A stretch of 64,000 nucleotides of DNA from Epiperipatus broadwayi (GCA_028023455.1 JAQFVV010000001.1:5890001-5954000), one strand, 5' to 3'. Shown: positions 11,875-25,410, counted from the first letter of the stretch. Notes: generated by a model from the sequence alone, not told the origin. A program made the numbers and translations.

Positions 11875-14799
11875 AACGGTCAAAATTGGCTTGCAGGTCT
11901 AGTCATCATCAATCACGAAAGGATACCACTACAATTAGCATCTAGAATTTTCTATTATTGTTAGTAGGTGGTGTTGCCACTAAACGTCACATGGTTACCA
12001 TGCTGTATGCTTACATAAGCTGATTACATAGAGGCAAAACTGAATGGTGCTACTGTATGGAGAATTTTGCCTTTGTATAGGTGGTGCTATCTAACAGAAT
12101 CAGACCTCTCTAGATATTAATACACTAATTTATATAGGAAATTTAAAATTTACTGATGAAGATATATAATCACTAACCCTACAGTTTTAGCAAACATTAA
12201 TAATTTTTATTATGCCCACTAGCTCATAGAGAATCACTGGACTCTTTGAAATAAGTCATTGACAGAGTTTGCAACAAATAGTAGAATTTTGGACTCAATA
12301 GATTGAAAAAAAAATATTAATCTATATTATGATTTTTTCTTATGTTCTGTAAACAGTATTTAGCCAATAACCCTTTTAATTAATGGTTTGCTACGAGTAT
12401 ATTTATAAGATAAGACATTGTTGTATATACTATCTCAGATCTTTCAATAATTAATTTAATTAAACTTAACTAGGGTGATCATACTTATTAAAACTATGCC
12501 ATGGATGTGTGTGTAAATATTTCAAACATCAAACCTATAACCAAAATTGAACATGATTATATACATTAGACTTAAAATAAGTTTTGCACGAGTTTCTTAT
12601 TTAAACAGTCCTAATATGCATTTAATTACCACACTGGGCGATCATCATCATTTAAGGAAAATATAACAATGACTGACAACTTTAACAATAATTTTATATT
12701 CAGGGGAATTATCATCATAACTTAAGAAAAATACAACAAAGACCTAAAACTGATATCTTTAACACATATTTCACATTTTTATAATATCGCACATATAAAC
12801 ATGTATGTATAATTAAGACTCTTTGTAAATTATCTATATAGCCCAGTCTATAATGTGTATAATTTTATTAAATTCATTCCAAATTTTTAAACAAATTCTA
12901 TTACATATAAACTACATGCAACACTAAAATGGATTTCTGATCAACAGTCTTTAACTAACCAGTTCTATATTAATTCACCAAACACATCGCCCAAAATAAT
13001 TTCAATAAGCCACCAACATGATATTCAGTTATTTCCTCTTTAATATAAGATTCGTTTAATACTTTGGACTTTACTGCCTTCTTAATGTTTGTATAATGCT
13101 TTAACTTATAAAATAAAACAAATATTAAAATCGAATGACTAGCGGTTTCTGGGTTATTGATTTTATTATAGTCATTAATTTAAATTATAATGATTTAGAA
13201 TAGTATTCTCACAATTCGCTCGCATTTCTAAAAAAATTTAATAAAACTTTAGTAGAGTTGTAAATAACTATTGGTAATAGGTAAATTATAAAACTAAATA
13301 TATATATAATGCATAAAAACAATAAAAGATTTTTCTAGAAAGTCCTTAGGTAAGAAAAGTTCATAAGACTATAGTTTCCTTTGCTTTTTTCCCAATAAAA
13401 TAGTTCAGTGCTCTGCATGTTTTTAGCATTAATTATGATTGAAACATTCATTCACTCATGAATATGTATTTTGAACTCATATTTAGGAAAAATTATAGTC
13501 GCAATTGAGATCCAGAGATATTTTCATTTACCGTTATCATTTATATATATACAAATATAATTTTTTTTTTTAAGTCACAATCAAGTTTCCACACTTCAGA
13601 TTTATTTTGATTTTGTAGTTAATAGTGGCATGTATACATAGAGAAATGCTACTGTGACTATTATTAAGAAGTCAGTCATTTACCCATGCAGGATTTGAAT
13701 TACACTAGCCTGTTATAGGAAGGCTCCCAAATACACTAGAGAGGTTTGAATCCTGTCACATCAGTCTGTAATTTCTCTTTGATGAATGACAAAACCAGCA
13801 TGAAGTTGAAGAAATTAATAAAAATCCTATTTTAATTTTTTCAGAACTGTTTATGTAAGACTTATCTCATGGAATTTTAATTATTAAAAAAACCTATGAT
13901 AAATTTTATTTTTGAGACTAATTGCAATATTCACAATAACATATTCTACATTTTATCATAAATTCAATTTTATAGATTAACATTTAGTTTTCCTTGGATA
14001 GTACAAAATAAATTTTGATTTTAATTATATAATATCTTAACTAAAAATAAAAACTTTGTCTTGTACAATTTTAAGTCAATCTGTTTATTTTTTAGTCAAG
14101 AGTTCTTGGTTAAAGGCCTTTTTGTTGAACTCAATGTTTATCCATTTTTAATTTGTTTTTTTTTTTTTTAATTTTGAATAGAGTCTATTCCTGTAGATTT
14201 AGTTTCTTTTTTCTTTTCTTAAGAGAAATTATGGTTCTAAACTTCTTCAGATGACTTTACACTATAGAAATAAACTCAAGTCTGGTCACTTCCAGTGGCC
14301 ATGCATGCCCCCCCCCCACACAAGAGGTGGATTCCATTTGACATGATTTAAGCAAACATAATATGTAGCATAGAGAAGTAATACAACTCCATTAAAACTT
14401 TATAACAATTCATACAAGATCTGCTGAATTAATAGCTTAAGTTTGTCAGACAGCAATGTCATATATTTTACACAGAGTATACTGCTGAGTGAAGGATATG
14501 AACAATGAGAGAATCATAATAAAAATGTTAATGATCTTTTATACATAAACTGATCATTGTCTAAAATGAATCTGCTCCCATTTAACTTATTTCAGTTTTT
14601 AATCTTCATTAAATGACTAAATCCAATTAGTTTTCATTAGATAACAATTTTATACAAAATTCTTGCTGCTTTAATTATATATTTCATATAATTGCAGTAC
14701 TATTTATAAAACCAACAAAGCAAACTTAATTAATTTTTTAAAAAAAAATCATATGTTAAACTTGAGATAATATATGCAACTATTGTTTTAATTCATCAT

Positions 14800-15335
14800 C
14801 ATAATCATTGTTAACCATTATCAATCTATGTTGGATAAAGGTCTCTCCAAGTTCAATCTACATTCTCTGATCTTTAGCTTTTCTTCTCCATATCATCCCT
14901 GCATAGTTCATTATTTCATCCATCCATATCACATGTGGTCTCTTTCTATGTCTTTTACAATCTCTTGGAATCCAGTTTAAGATTTCAACTGTCCATCTAT
15001 TATCATCTCTTCTAGCAATTTGTTCATCCCAACTCCACTTCAATTTCTTAATTATTTCAATGATGTCTGTGTTTGTTCTCTTAGCCATATATTTCATTTT
15101 TGACCCCTTCTGGTTACTCCTAATATGCATCTCTCCATACTTCTGTAAGTGGGCTGATGTTTCTTTATTGCTTTTCTATTAAGTGTTTAAGTCTTAGATC
15201 CATAAGTAAGAACTGATAAAATACATTTATTAAATACTTTTCAAACACATAGACATATTTCCTTAAGATATTTCTACCAAAAGCACTCCAAATTCTACGA
15301 TTAATTATATCCAATATGTTTCCAACTGAAGTAAT
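14800..15335 (-). mobile_element. RTE-clade LINE 3' fragment
   Basis: IKKLKWSWDEQIARRDDNRWTVEILNWIPRDCKRHRKRPHVIWMDEI...WRRKAKD is the typical RTE RT C-terminus; homologous to the copies at 46-47 and 49.5-50.3 kb. Confidence 0.85.
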
Positions 15336-16354
15336 AATCTGATCAAGAAATTTGTTACTTGTGTTAATTACTTAAAAAAAATGTTTTCTTTAAATAGTCA
15401 AAATAAGAATCATAGATCACATGACCCTATCTCTTAAGCTTGTTTTCTCTTGTTTTACTTTTTTTTTTTAAGAAGTAAAACTTTTTCTAAACAAAAAAGA
15501 AACATAATCAGTCTTAATTGTTATGTTTTTTAAAAATCTACAAATAAATTTTTTTCTTTATTTTAAAACTGTCTTAAATTAAATTAAAAGTAATATTTTT
15601 TTAATTAAAAAATATTACTGCTTAAATCAATTACATTTAGCCATCTCTTTATTTCATTTATTTATGTAGCCCACACTTTAGCAATGGTTACATTGCTCTC
15701 CAATAGGATTATTAATAAAAAGTCAATTCAGATTTTTGACATTGATTTTATTTCTACACTAAACTTTACTATTAGTATTCATTTTTATTTTCTCACATAA
15801 CCATACAATAAGCCAGAGATTTAAGCAGGAAAGATACCATGTTCCAAAATAACACTTTACTTATATTAGAGTAAATAGACTAATATCAACTAAATCATTT
15901 TTAATTTTTGAGGATGCTGCAACCACATCACAAGACAAATTGTGCATGCTATGATTGCTAACCAGGGACTCTTGATTTTAAAAGTTTTTTTTCAGATCCA
16001 AGGAGAACTTTACTGACCATCCAATTTGAGTTTCTAATTATTATTTACTATTTTTCTGGAAATGTTTTACCACCAGTGACTTTGCAGTGAGTCCAGTATT
16101 ACCCTCAACTGGTGCTTTACCACCAATTTATGTGGGGTATATGCATCAAGCTCATGCTTGCTGTTTAATTCTTTTCCCCATAGAAAAGGCTTAATCATAT
16201 AAATATTTCAACTCACAGTTAGTTCACATCCTAAAACCTTGCATACAATGCTTCACCCTTTCAACTCCCCATTCACCATTACTGTTCTGCTTTTCTCTCT
16301 TTGTATTATTATTATTATTATTATTATTATCATCATCATCATCATCATCAATAA

Positions 16355-17190
16355 TAATAATCAGCATTAAGCTAATGCACATGCACTTTGTAGATTTTAA
16401 CTATAACTGAATACTCTCACTTTCAAACACAAGATAAAGTCTTTGTGAAAAAATAGAATGAATCCATCTGTCTTTCTGACTCAAACATTTATGTATGGTC
16501 AAATCTTAAGCATTTGGAAATGAGAGTGTGAAGATGTTAAGTGATCATTTTAAATTACTTTTATTATGCTTGAATGAATGATGCTTGCTAAATTTTTCTA
16601 GAATTTAGGGCTATGCTATTCTTATTTGAAATTCAGTATATGCAAATAAAATATTTATTTTATATAGCACTATGTTTATAAACCATAATATTAATAATCA
16701 GCATTAAGCTAATGCACATGTGATTTGTAGAATTTAACTATAAATGAATACTCTTACTTTCAAACACAAGATAAAGTCTTTGTGAAAAGATAGAATGAAT
16801 CCATCTATCTTTTCGACCCAAACATTTATGTATGGGAAAATCTTAAGCATTTGGAAATGAGAGTGTGAAGATGTTTAGAGATCACTTTAAATTACTTTTA
16901 TTATTCTTGAATGAATAACGCTTGTAAAATTACATCATTCTTATTTGAAATTCAGTATATGTAAATAAAATATTTAATTTATGTTTCTAAATGCTTAAGA
17001 TTTGCCCATACATAAATGTTTGGGTCAAAAAGATAGATGGATTCATTCTATCTTTTCACAAAGACTTCATCTTGTATTTGAAAGTGAGAGTATTCATTTA
17101 TAGTTAAAATCTACAAAGCACATGTGCATTAGCTTAATACTAATCATTAATATTACAGTTTATAAACATAGTACTATATAAAATAAATAT

Positions 17191-17192
<2 letters not shown>
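16355..17192. repeat. ~337-bp unit repeated in tandem (16355, 16692) followed by an inverted partial copy (~16985-17192)
   Basis: TAATAATCAGCATTAAGCTAATGCACATG starts both units; CATGTGCATTAGCTTAAT in the inverted copy. Same family at 61.5-61.9 kb. Confidence 0.85.

Positions 17193-17194
<2 letters not shown>

Positions 17195-17289
<95 letters not shown>
17195..17289. repeat. (ATT)n microsatellite
   Basis: Direct reading. Confidence 0.95.
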
Positions 17290-17579
17290 GATTTTCATTT
17301 TTAAGGTAAAACATACGATTTTTATAAAAAAATATTTCAAATACATTAGTCCATTTAACATATTCTAGATATTTGAGACGATTAGGTCATCCTTATTTAT
17401 ACTGGGATTAAATCTCTCTCTTTCCAGGTATTTTTGATTAAAATGTTGAAAAAGGAAATAATAATAATAATAATAAGCGCAAAGGTCCATTTGTTCACAA
17501 CCAAGTCAGTATGCTCTAGTTTTCATGTTCCAAGGGTACTCAAAGTTTAAACCTGGCAGAATAAAAACTTTATCCTGAT

Positions 17580-18375
17580 ATATCTTTTCAATTTCCAATG
17601 AGTTGATAATTGTTTAATACTTTTGTATTGCATTTTTCATTCAAAATTTAATTAAAATAAAGTTACCCAACGATAATTTTGAAAAAACAATATGGAGACA
17701 AAGTAATCACATGACCAGATGCTTACTGCCAACATTGTCAGCACAGAGTTTTAAAATCCAAAGTTCAGTCAAACGTAAGCCAATCTTTGATTTTATTAAT
17801 TGCAAAGTCAGATTTTTGTTTTGGGAAAAAAAAAATCAGTTACAAATTTCCCACAAGTAATTCACTTATTAAATAAACAAGTTAACTAGCTTTGTGTTTT
17901 TTCATGCTTAAAAAGAATTCACAATCTTAATCTAATTCAAGATAATAATATACCTTTAATCAGTTGATTATTACATTTTTTATTCAAACTTCCAATTAAA
18001 ATCAAGTTACCTAACGATAATTAAAAAAAAAAAAGCAGTTTCATGACCAGTGTTTGCCCACAATAATATCAACATAGAGTTTCAAAGTCCAAAGGTCAGT
18101 CAGGCATACGATTATTTTTAACGTTATTATAGCAATCTCTAACCTTGTTTAGTAACAAAAATTCGATTTCAAGTTCTCAGCAATTAGTTCATTTGCTCAC
18201 AATTGAGTTAACAAGCCCTTGATGTTTATGTTTATAAAGTAGCCAAAACTTTAGGCTAGAAAAAAAAAACGAAATACTTTTTTCAATTTCCAATCAGTTG
18301 GTAACTGATTTCCAATTTTCTGTTCAAATCTTCAACTATCATCAAGTTACTAGATAATTTCAAAAAAAACATGTC
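17580..18375. repeat. Diverged tandem repeat, ~345-bp period, ~2.3 copies
   Basis: AAGTTACC(C/T)AACGATAATT at ~17660 and ~18004, a third partial copy at ~18344; CATGACCAG...CAGAGTTT...TCCAAAG.TCAGTCA in both full units. Confidence 0.55.
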
Positions 18376-19039
18376 ACTTCTAATAGCAATGCTGAGCCTA
18401 CTACCTGCCTAGAATTTGCCTGGACACTAGCCATGAATCTCACACTTAAATCATATGAAAAGTGTTATTTGGCCACCAACTCTAACACAGCCAGACCCAG
18501 AGTCAGAGACCAACCAAACACAAACTCTAACTCAACAGTTGCAACCAGTTCGAACATAGCTGTACCACTAGCCTCCTCTGGATATCAGGACACTCTACAT
18601 ATGGATCTCATTCTCAAACTTTATCAAAAGCCTTACTCAGCTCTGACCTCTAGCACACAGACCCAGAATCCAACCAGCCTATCACAAAGTCCAACTTAAC
18701 AATTGCAGCCAATTCTAACATAGCTATATCACCCCACACCTCTGCAACACCCATCTATTAATGCACCAGAAAAATAGGCATGGAAATCCCACCATGCCGC
18801 CCACCCACACCAACACCCTCCCCAAGCCACATTACCAATGAAAAAAAGAGAAAACCTGGTAACCCAAAGAAGATACCCTAAAAAATAAAAATACTGACAT
18901 TGATTTCACAACACCAGGCCAGACTTCACAGATAATTGCCACACTACCATGGAAATTTCTGGTTCTCGTCTATGTTTCCAAGGTAACTCAACCACATATG
19001 GAACTAAACTTGGATTGCATCTCTAGATACAGTAGTCCA

Positions 19040-19500
19040 GACTATGTAAAATTTATGCAATCTTGTGTAAACCAATAAAACAACTTTTACATGTGTAAAA
19101 CTACAACTACAGACTACCCATGTAACTACAGCAATCTAAGCTATGTAAAACCATTCTAGCTAATCCACAGCATAAGTAAACTTTTACATACATAAACCTA
19201 CATCTATGGATTGCTGATGAAACCATGACAATCCAAGCCAAGTAAAAACATTTATAACTAATCCACAGCATGACAATCTTTTTGTAATCTCATGTAAATC
19301 AATAAACCAACTTTTATATATGTAAACCTATATCCATGGATTCCCCATGTTATGTAAAACCATGTAACTAATTCACAGCATATAAAAATTCCTGTAATCC
19401 TGTGTAAAACAATACATCCATTTTTATATATGTAAACCTACAATTATGGATTGCCCATGTAAACACAGCAATCCAAGCTATGTAAACTCTTGTAACTCTT
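19040..19500. repeat. Degenerate minisatellite, ~4 units of ~95-130 bp
   Basis: Recurring TTTTA(C/T)AT..GTAAACCTA(C/T)A, CTAATCCACAGCAT and TATGTAAAAC motifs. Confidence 0.6.
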
Positions 19501-19529
19501 TAAAATAAATAAAGCTTATCGTTGAAACA

Positions 19530-19839
<310 letters not shown>

Positions 19840-19842
19840 TAC

Positions 19843-19935
19843 GCTATCTGTTTTAGTGCTGAGGGTCAGCCTCTAGAATATGAGATTCTAGGATCGATAC
19901 CAGTGCTGAAACTTCTGGTTCGAACTTCTTAAGAA
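19843..19935 (+). mobile_element. Possible tRNA-derived SINE head
   Basis: B-box-like GGATCGATACC preceded by a tRNA-like spaced segment. Confidence 0.3.
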
Positions 19936-20674
19936 CTCACGATTAATAAAGTCATTAGATTATTTATAAAAAAAAGATATATTTCATCTCTGTCTAAAGT
20001 TATATGAAATCATATGGAAGATCAAATGACATTCAAGCATGCTAGAACTAAATTGGTTACTTAGAGTTTTATTCAGATAAACTGAAATAAGCTTTTTTAA
20101 GTTAATGTTACTCAGTTGAAAATCATTGGAGAACCCTTAGCTTTGAATTCCCATTTTCCCACTGCATTAAACCGTCCAGGGCATCCATAATTATTAGTAC
20201 ATTTATTAAAAGACTAGTGATTGTCAATGGGTAATCGATAAGTGGGTGTAAAAATTCAATTCTTATAAAATAAATTGAATTAAAGTTGATAAAATAGTTT
20301 TAAACATTAATATGTTAGAATAAATTATGTTTAAAAATAACAAATAATGTTAAAACTGATTAAGTATTATCACTTGAACATAATAGCTTGGGTCAAACTT
20401 ATTACTCACATTCACATTTTGTGTTCATATCTAATAAAGAACAAATTTAGAAAAAAAAAGTGATTTGTTGGAATTCAAATATGACAAGTAATAGGGCACT
20501 AATTATTATGTATATGTTCTCAATCAAAAACAAGTATGTGATAGTTTTTCGATCAGAAACGTTTTCATTTTATTACATTTTTATTAAGATTTTTAATATT
20601 TAATATAAATTTCATCCAGAACATTATTTATTTATGATCATGTGAAAAATTAATAAAATGGTTATTTAATAACT

Positions 20675-20790
20675 GCAATACAGGCTTTATCTTTTCAACA
20701 TATATGTGTTCAAGTGTATCAGTGTTAGGAAATAGAGTAGAGAGTGGTGGGTCAGGTGAAAGTCTATGCTCATATACCCTATATATTAAA
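20675..20790 (+). repeat. 3'-terminal fragment of the ~490-nt HHR repeat family (no HHR core)
   Basis: TTTATCTTTTCAACATATATGTG...GTGAAAGTCTATGCTCATATACCCTATATATT aligns with 22018-22107 and 4936-5039. Confidence 0.6.
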
Positions 20791-21624
20791 ATGGTTATTT
20801 ATAAATAGTTGCTAGTGCGAAGAAAAAATGTTATGAGTGACCTAAATATTATAACGAGAAATAAAAAAGAAAGGGTAACAGATTTGATATAATAATGCAC
20901 TACCATTTTTATTGGAGATGAAGATTTTTGATATGTCTATCTATAATTTTGATAAAATTTGAAACAAAAAAGATTTCATATTTTATAAAGATATTACCAT
21001 TAGCAGATTATATTAAAAGAACTGAGTACTTTATTCCAGAAATTATAAATAAACAAAGAGGGGGGGGGGGCAGAGAGAGAAAGAGAAAAAAAAGTTGAAG
21101 GTGAATTTTACAGGGATTACAGAAATCAAAAGTTACATAAGCATTAATCCAGACACCATTTAAGAGACACCAAGTTTGTTTCCTCAAATTATAAATGACT
21201 TTTTAAGAAAAATTCTGACAAATCAGTAAGCATATTCACAAACATGCATACACAATATTAATAGTAAGGATTGATAGCAGTTTGTCTTCTTTTTTTAAAT
21301 AAAAGTTTGTAAAAGTGTTATGTATATACATTTGTAAAAATGTAAGTTAAAATAATATCAGTTAAGTATCTAATTTTTTCTATAATTAGAATTTATCTAA
21401 TTAAATATATAATTTATTTGTTTTTTTAAATCAGGATTTTTTTACCAACATCATATAATTTTAATGCGCAAATCAACGCATAACCGCAGAGCTTCTTAAA
21501 AAGTTAAATTCTAATTTATTATAAAAATTAACATATAAGAGATTCGAACTCAAACTTTCACACGACCATCAACTCTCCATGCCATCTCATATTGCTGCTC
21601 CACCTGATCATACACATGTTGAAA

Positions 21625-21695
21625 AGATAAATAATTGCCAATATACGTATTTCATGCTAAACCACCAATCATCAGTTGGTCCAGATTACTATCTT
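21625..21695 (-). ncRNA. Type I HHR, stem II weakened
   Basis: Reverse complement: ACCAA-CTGATGA-ttggtggtttagcat-GAAA-TACGTA-TA-TTGG; palindromic ATACGTAT stem III. Confidence 0.65.
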
Positions 21696-21954
21696 CACAC
21701 ATATATACAATCAGGGCTCAGCTATAGCCAATCTTCATACTTTAAAGAATAGGATTCAAACTACTCCAACCCACAACTCTTCAGCCATCCATTTCATTGA
21801 AAGTCTGATGTAGCTTTGAACGTTCCATCATCAGATTTTCAATGAAATGAATGGCTAAAGAATTGTGGGTTGGAGTAGTTTGAAGCCTGTCCATTAAAGT
21901 ATGAAGATTGGCTGTCTTAATATAAAGCTGGACACTGATTGTATATATATATGT

Positions 21955-22025
21955 GGAGATAATCTGGACCAACTGATGATTTCTGGTTTAGCATGAAATA
22001 TGTATATTGGTGATCATTTATCTTT
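21955..22025 (+). ncRNA. Type I HHR, stem II weakened
   Basis: ACCAA-CTGATGA(21973-79)-tttctggtttagcat-GAAA(21995-98)-tatgta-TA-TTGGT. Confidence 0.65.
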
Positions 22026-22189
22026 TCAACATGTGTATAATCAGGTGGGTCAGCAATATGAGGTGGCATGGAGGGTCGTGTGAAAGTCTGAGTTCAAATC
22101 CCTTATATATTACATTATATATATGCAGGTGTGTGTAAGCCTGTGCAGTGTACTAATTTATATATAAAAATTAACGTAAATTATAATGC

Positions 22190-22872
22190 TGATAAACTTG
22201 ATCACACACATGTCGAAGAGATAAGTAATCACCAATAGGTATTTTGTGCTAAACCAGTACTCATCAGTTGGTCCAGATTATCATCTCCATATATATATGA
22301 TAAACAAAAATGCAAGTTAAAAAACTTGCTAACGCTTGTATTTATGTCCACAGATGGCGTCCTACCAAGACTGCCAATCAAGCGTATGTTTTGTTTACAT
22401 AAACGTCAGAGTAGTTAGTATTCACTATCTCTAACTATATATATACAATCAATGCTCAGCTTTATATTAAGATAGTCAATCTTCATACTTTAATAGACAG
22501 GCTTCAAACCACTCCAATCCACAACTCTTCATCCGTCTATTCACTGAAAATCTGATGATGGAACGCTCAAAGCCCACCTTTGTGCCAACTTTCTCATCCT
22601 ACCCATGTTGACCATAAGTCAATCTGATCCCTCATGTACAGGACATAATCCATTTACATACATATACGAGGGTTGGAAGACCTTAAAGCATTATATTTTG
22701 AAATATGAATTTTTTTTACAGTACAGACTTTTTCATATCTGCACTTCTATATATAATATACAGGGGATTCGAACTCAGACTTTCACACGACACTCAACTA
22801 TCCATGCTATATCTCATTCTGCTAATAAATTTGATCACACACATAGCGAAAAAATAAATAATCACCAATAAA
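22190..22872 (-). mobile_element. 1.1-mer copy of the ~490-nt HHR family, running from one predicted cleavage site through the next HHR; ~140-bp secondary insertion at ~22295-22435
   Basis: On the - strand it begins TTGGTGATT at 22868 (post-cleavage sequence), and the same sequence recurs at 22235 after the HHR core (22242-22267). Flanked by ACGTAAAT(T)ATAAT at 22174-22187 and 22876-22888. Confidence 0.75.
22225..22285 (-). ncRNA. Inactivated type I HHR (GAAA to AAAA)
   Basis: Reverse complement: ACCAA-CTGATGA-GTACTG-gtt-TAGCAC-AAAA-tacc-TA-TTGGT. Confidence 0.65.
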
Positions 22873-24689
22873 TTACGTAAATATAATAGTTATATCTATG
22901 TATTTTATAATTATATACATACATGGAAAATACGTGCGTTTAAATAATATATATATTTAAATATTTACTCATTAAACGTACATTGAATTATTAATACGTG
23001 CATTCATCTAATATATGTAAATTTTGACAGTGTAACTATAAAGTGCATGAAAATCTTCTAATTAATATATATTTATAAAGACAAAAGGAATACTTATATT
23101 AGTAAAAAAAAACAACAACTATTTTATCATTAAAATTCTTTAACAATACTAATATTAGAATTAAAGCTTTGGAGAGAAAACAATACACATGAAGTCTGTA
23201 TTAACGTGCCATGTACTTTAACCAATGATTATAAGTTACAGTAGGAAGAGATCATCTATTAGTTATGTACTGATATTAATTATTTTATATTTTTCCTAAG
23301 GCAAGAATAAAACAAAAGTATTCTTAATTAATATGATAAAAATTAATTGTAAATGTGTTATCCACTAACCTTTTCATTGGATTCCATATTTCGATGATGA
23401 TTTGCAATCTAAATAATATTAAGTAATTATTAACTACTTATTTTAAATCGACTATTCTTCTTATAACTATTTTATTTAAACTAAAAACAATTGAAATGCT
23501 AGTTGCTATGAGAAGTTTGCAGCTTCAGCAGCATTTCAAGAGACTGCGTATCCCAACATTCCAGTAATTTTAGTTATTTATTTATTGCAGTTTAGTTTGT
23601 CAAACTTTATTTTAATTATTACTAATATATTTGTAAATAAAATGAAAAATCTAAACAAATTTAAACTATAGCAATTCATAAAATGTACTTAATCATGCAT
23701 AACTTATGATATTCAAGTTATTCAATATTAAAAAGATTTTAAAATTTGCAACCTAGAAAAAAATAATAGTTATCGACATATGAATATTCGTCGGCTAATA
23801 TAATATGCAAACACATGCAATCCTGCTTTAACATCTGAGGGCATTGAATAATTTAATTTTTAAATCTTTTAAATACATTATCGCCATTGATAGTCAAAAG
23901 TCTACAGTTTAGTGACTTCAATATTTTTGTCCATATTTCTTTAGATTTTTTTTTCTATAAAAATGGAAAAAAGAAACAACTTTGTAATTTCTATGTTTCA
24001 CTTTAAAATAGGTCAATTCTTAGGGTGTTTTTATCCTTCGGTATCAATTAAGAGTATTTTTCTCGGTTAATTCTCATTTTGAGGGAGTTATATCCATTTA
24101 TGTTTTCAAATGTTAATATTATATTACTACTAACGCTAATGTGTGATCACTTCAATTCATTCCTTTAACTGTATTTTTTGGCAATACCAACATATTTCCT
24201 AATTATTTATAATTACTGATAGTTTCAGTTTCATTATTGAATTCAAGGCAATTCCAGCTTATCATTATTATTGGTCGTTAAACGGATATCTAACTATTAG
24301 ACAGAAGATAAAGATCTAAAGTTAATTTGGATTGGTCAGTTGATTGATGATGTCGTCTAAAAACAAGCAAAAAAAAAGATTGTAATAAAACGTAATCTTT
24401 ACTACTAATGGCAGAGTTAACATATTTCTAAAGATAGTGAAATCCTGGTTTTTCATCACATTTTTTTATTATTTAATTGCCCTGAATGATTAAGTGTAGT
24501 GGAAAGTGACATTTCCAGCACTTAATTTTGGTGATTGAACTTCTTACAAACTTCCTCCTCCCCCATTTGAGTAATAAACCATTCTATTATTAATATCCAA
24601 CCCTAATAAGGTGAGATAATTAAAATAATGTTTTCAAGTTAAAAAAAATATTTTTATCATAACATTAAATACATAGGGAGATTATTTAA

Positions 24690-25410
24690 GTGATCTAGAT
24701 TTTACAGTTGATGTGATTGTTTTTTCCGATAAAGTTTCAAACTTTCAAAATTGCAAAATCTATCAAATGAAAATAAAAAAGGTCTAAAAATAAATGCTAA
24801 AAAGACTAAGGTAATGCTCAGTGAATTTTCTTTGAAAAAGAAATAAAAATTGATAAACATTAATTAGAAAAGCTTAACAACTAGAAATATCTTTGTCATA
24901 TGGAATCATAATAGATTAAATTAATCCTGTGATTAAACATGAATAGAATGCTTTAGGCAGAAATAACTTCGTATTAAAGAGATATCTGTGTGTTTGCAAA
25001 GAAAGGTTTTTAATGTATTTTGCCATTTCTTATTTATGGATTTCAAACGGGACCCTTAATCAAAAAAATGTATTGATACTTCATATCATTCTATAGAGTA
25101 GGAAAAAATATATATTGGAAATAAAAAGAAGAGATGAAAACAAAATATATGGGTAAGAGAACAAACATCTGACATCATTGAAAGAAGTGAGGAATCAAAA
25201 TGGAACTGGACAGCACATATTGCTCGAAGAGATAGTAACAGATGAGTAGATTACTAAAAGACATATAAAGACTTGACATATAAAATGGATAGATAAAATA
25301 AGGAGCTTCAGTATTCTGATGTGAAAAAGAAAGCTATAAATTTGAGAATCTGGATTAAATATAGAGAGATCTGCATCTACAGTAGATAAATAATGGTTGA
25401 AAATAATTTA
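24690..25410 (+). mobile_element. Decayed RTE LINE 3' fragment
   Basis: GGTCTAAAAATAAATGCTAAAAAGACTAAGGTAATG (GLKINAKKTKVM) and KWNWTAHIARRD; similar to the other RTE copies; many frameshifts. Confidence 0.7.

Larger units (their letters stand above)
21533..22152. mobile_element. ~575-bp palindromic insertion of the HHR repeat family (two HHRs facing outward) plus a ~45-nt extension, flanked by ~22-bp imperfect direct repeats
   Basis: 21533-~21810 is the reverse complement of ~21825-22107. CTAATTTAT(T/AT)ATAAAAATTAAC at 21511-21532 and 22153-22175. Confidence 0.85.

Noticed and set aside
11872-12200. TGTAAC-starting segment after (TA)n as a solo LTR; CTGATGAAGATATATAATC near 12150 as an HHR
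   Set aside because: No second LTR, TSD or clear CA end; no GAAA after the putative stem II.
12960-13100. - strand open stretch LKHYTNIKKAVKSK...HVGGLLKLFWAMCL between AG and GT
   Set aside because: Isolated, with no recognisable homology or linked exons.
16355-17192. CRISPR-like or prokaryotic defence array interpretation of the tandem repeats
   Set aside because: Eukaryotic repeat context, no short repeat-unique spacer periodicity and no cas genes.
21800-21840. Second CTGATGA (- strand here; also at ~22554 and ~38486) as another hammerhead
   Set aside because: No GAAA box or stems I/III at the proper spacing.
23370-23555. Short exon-like segments on both strands
   Set aside because: Too short and mutually inconsistent in strand and phase.
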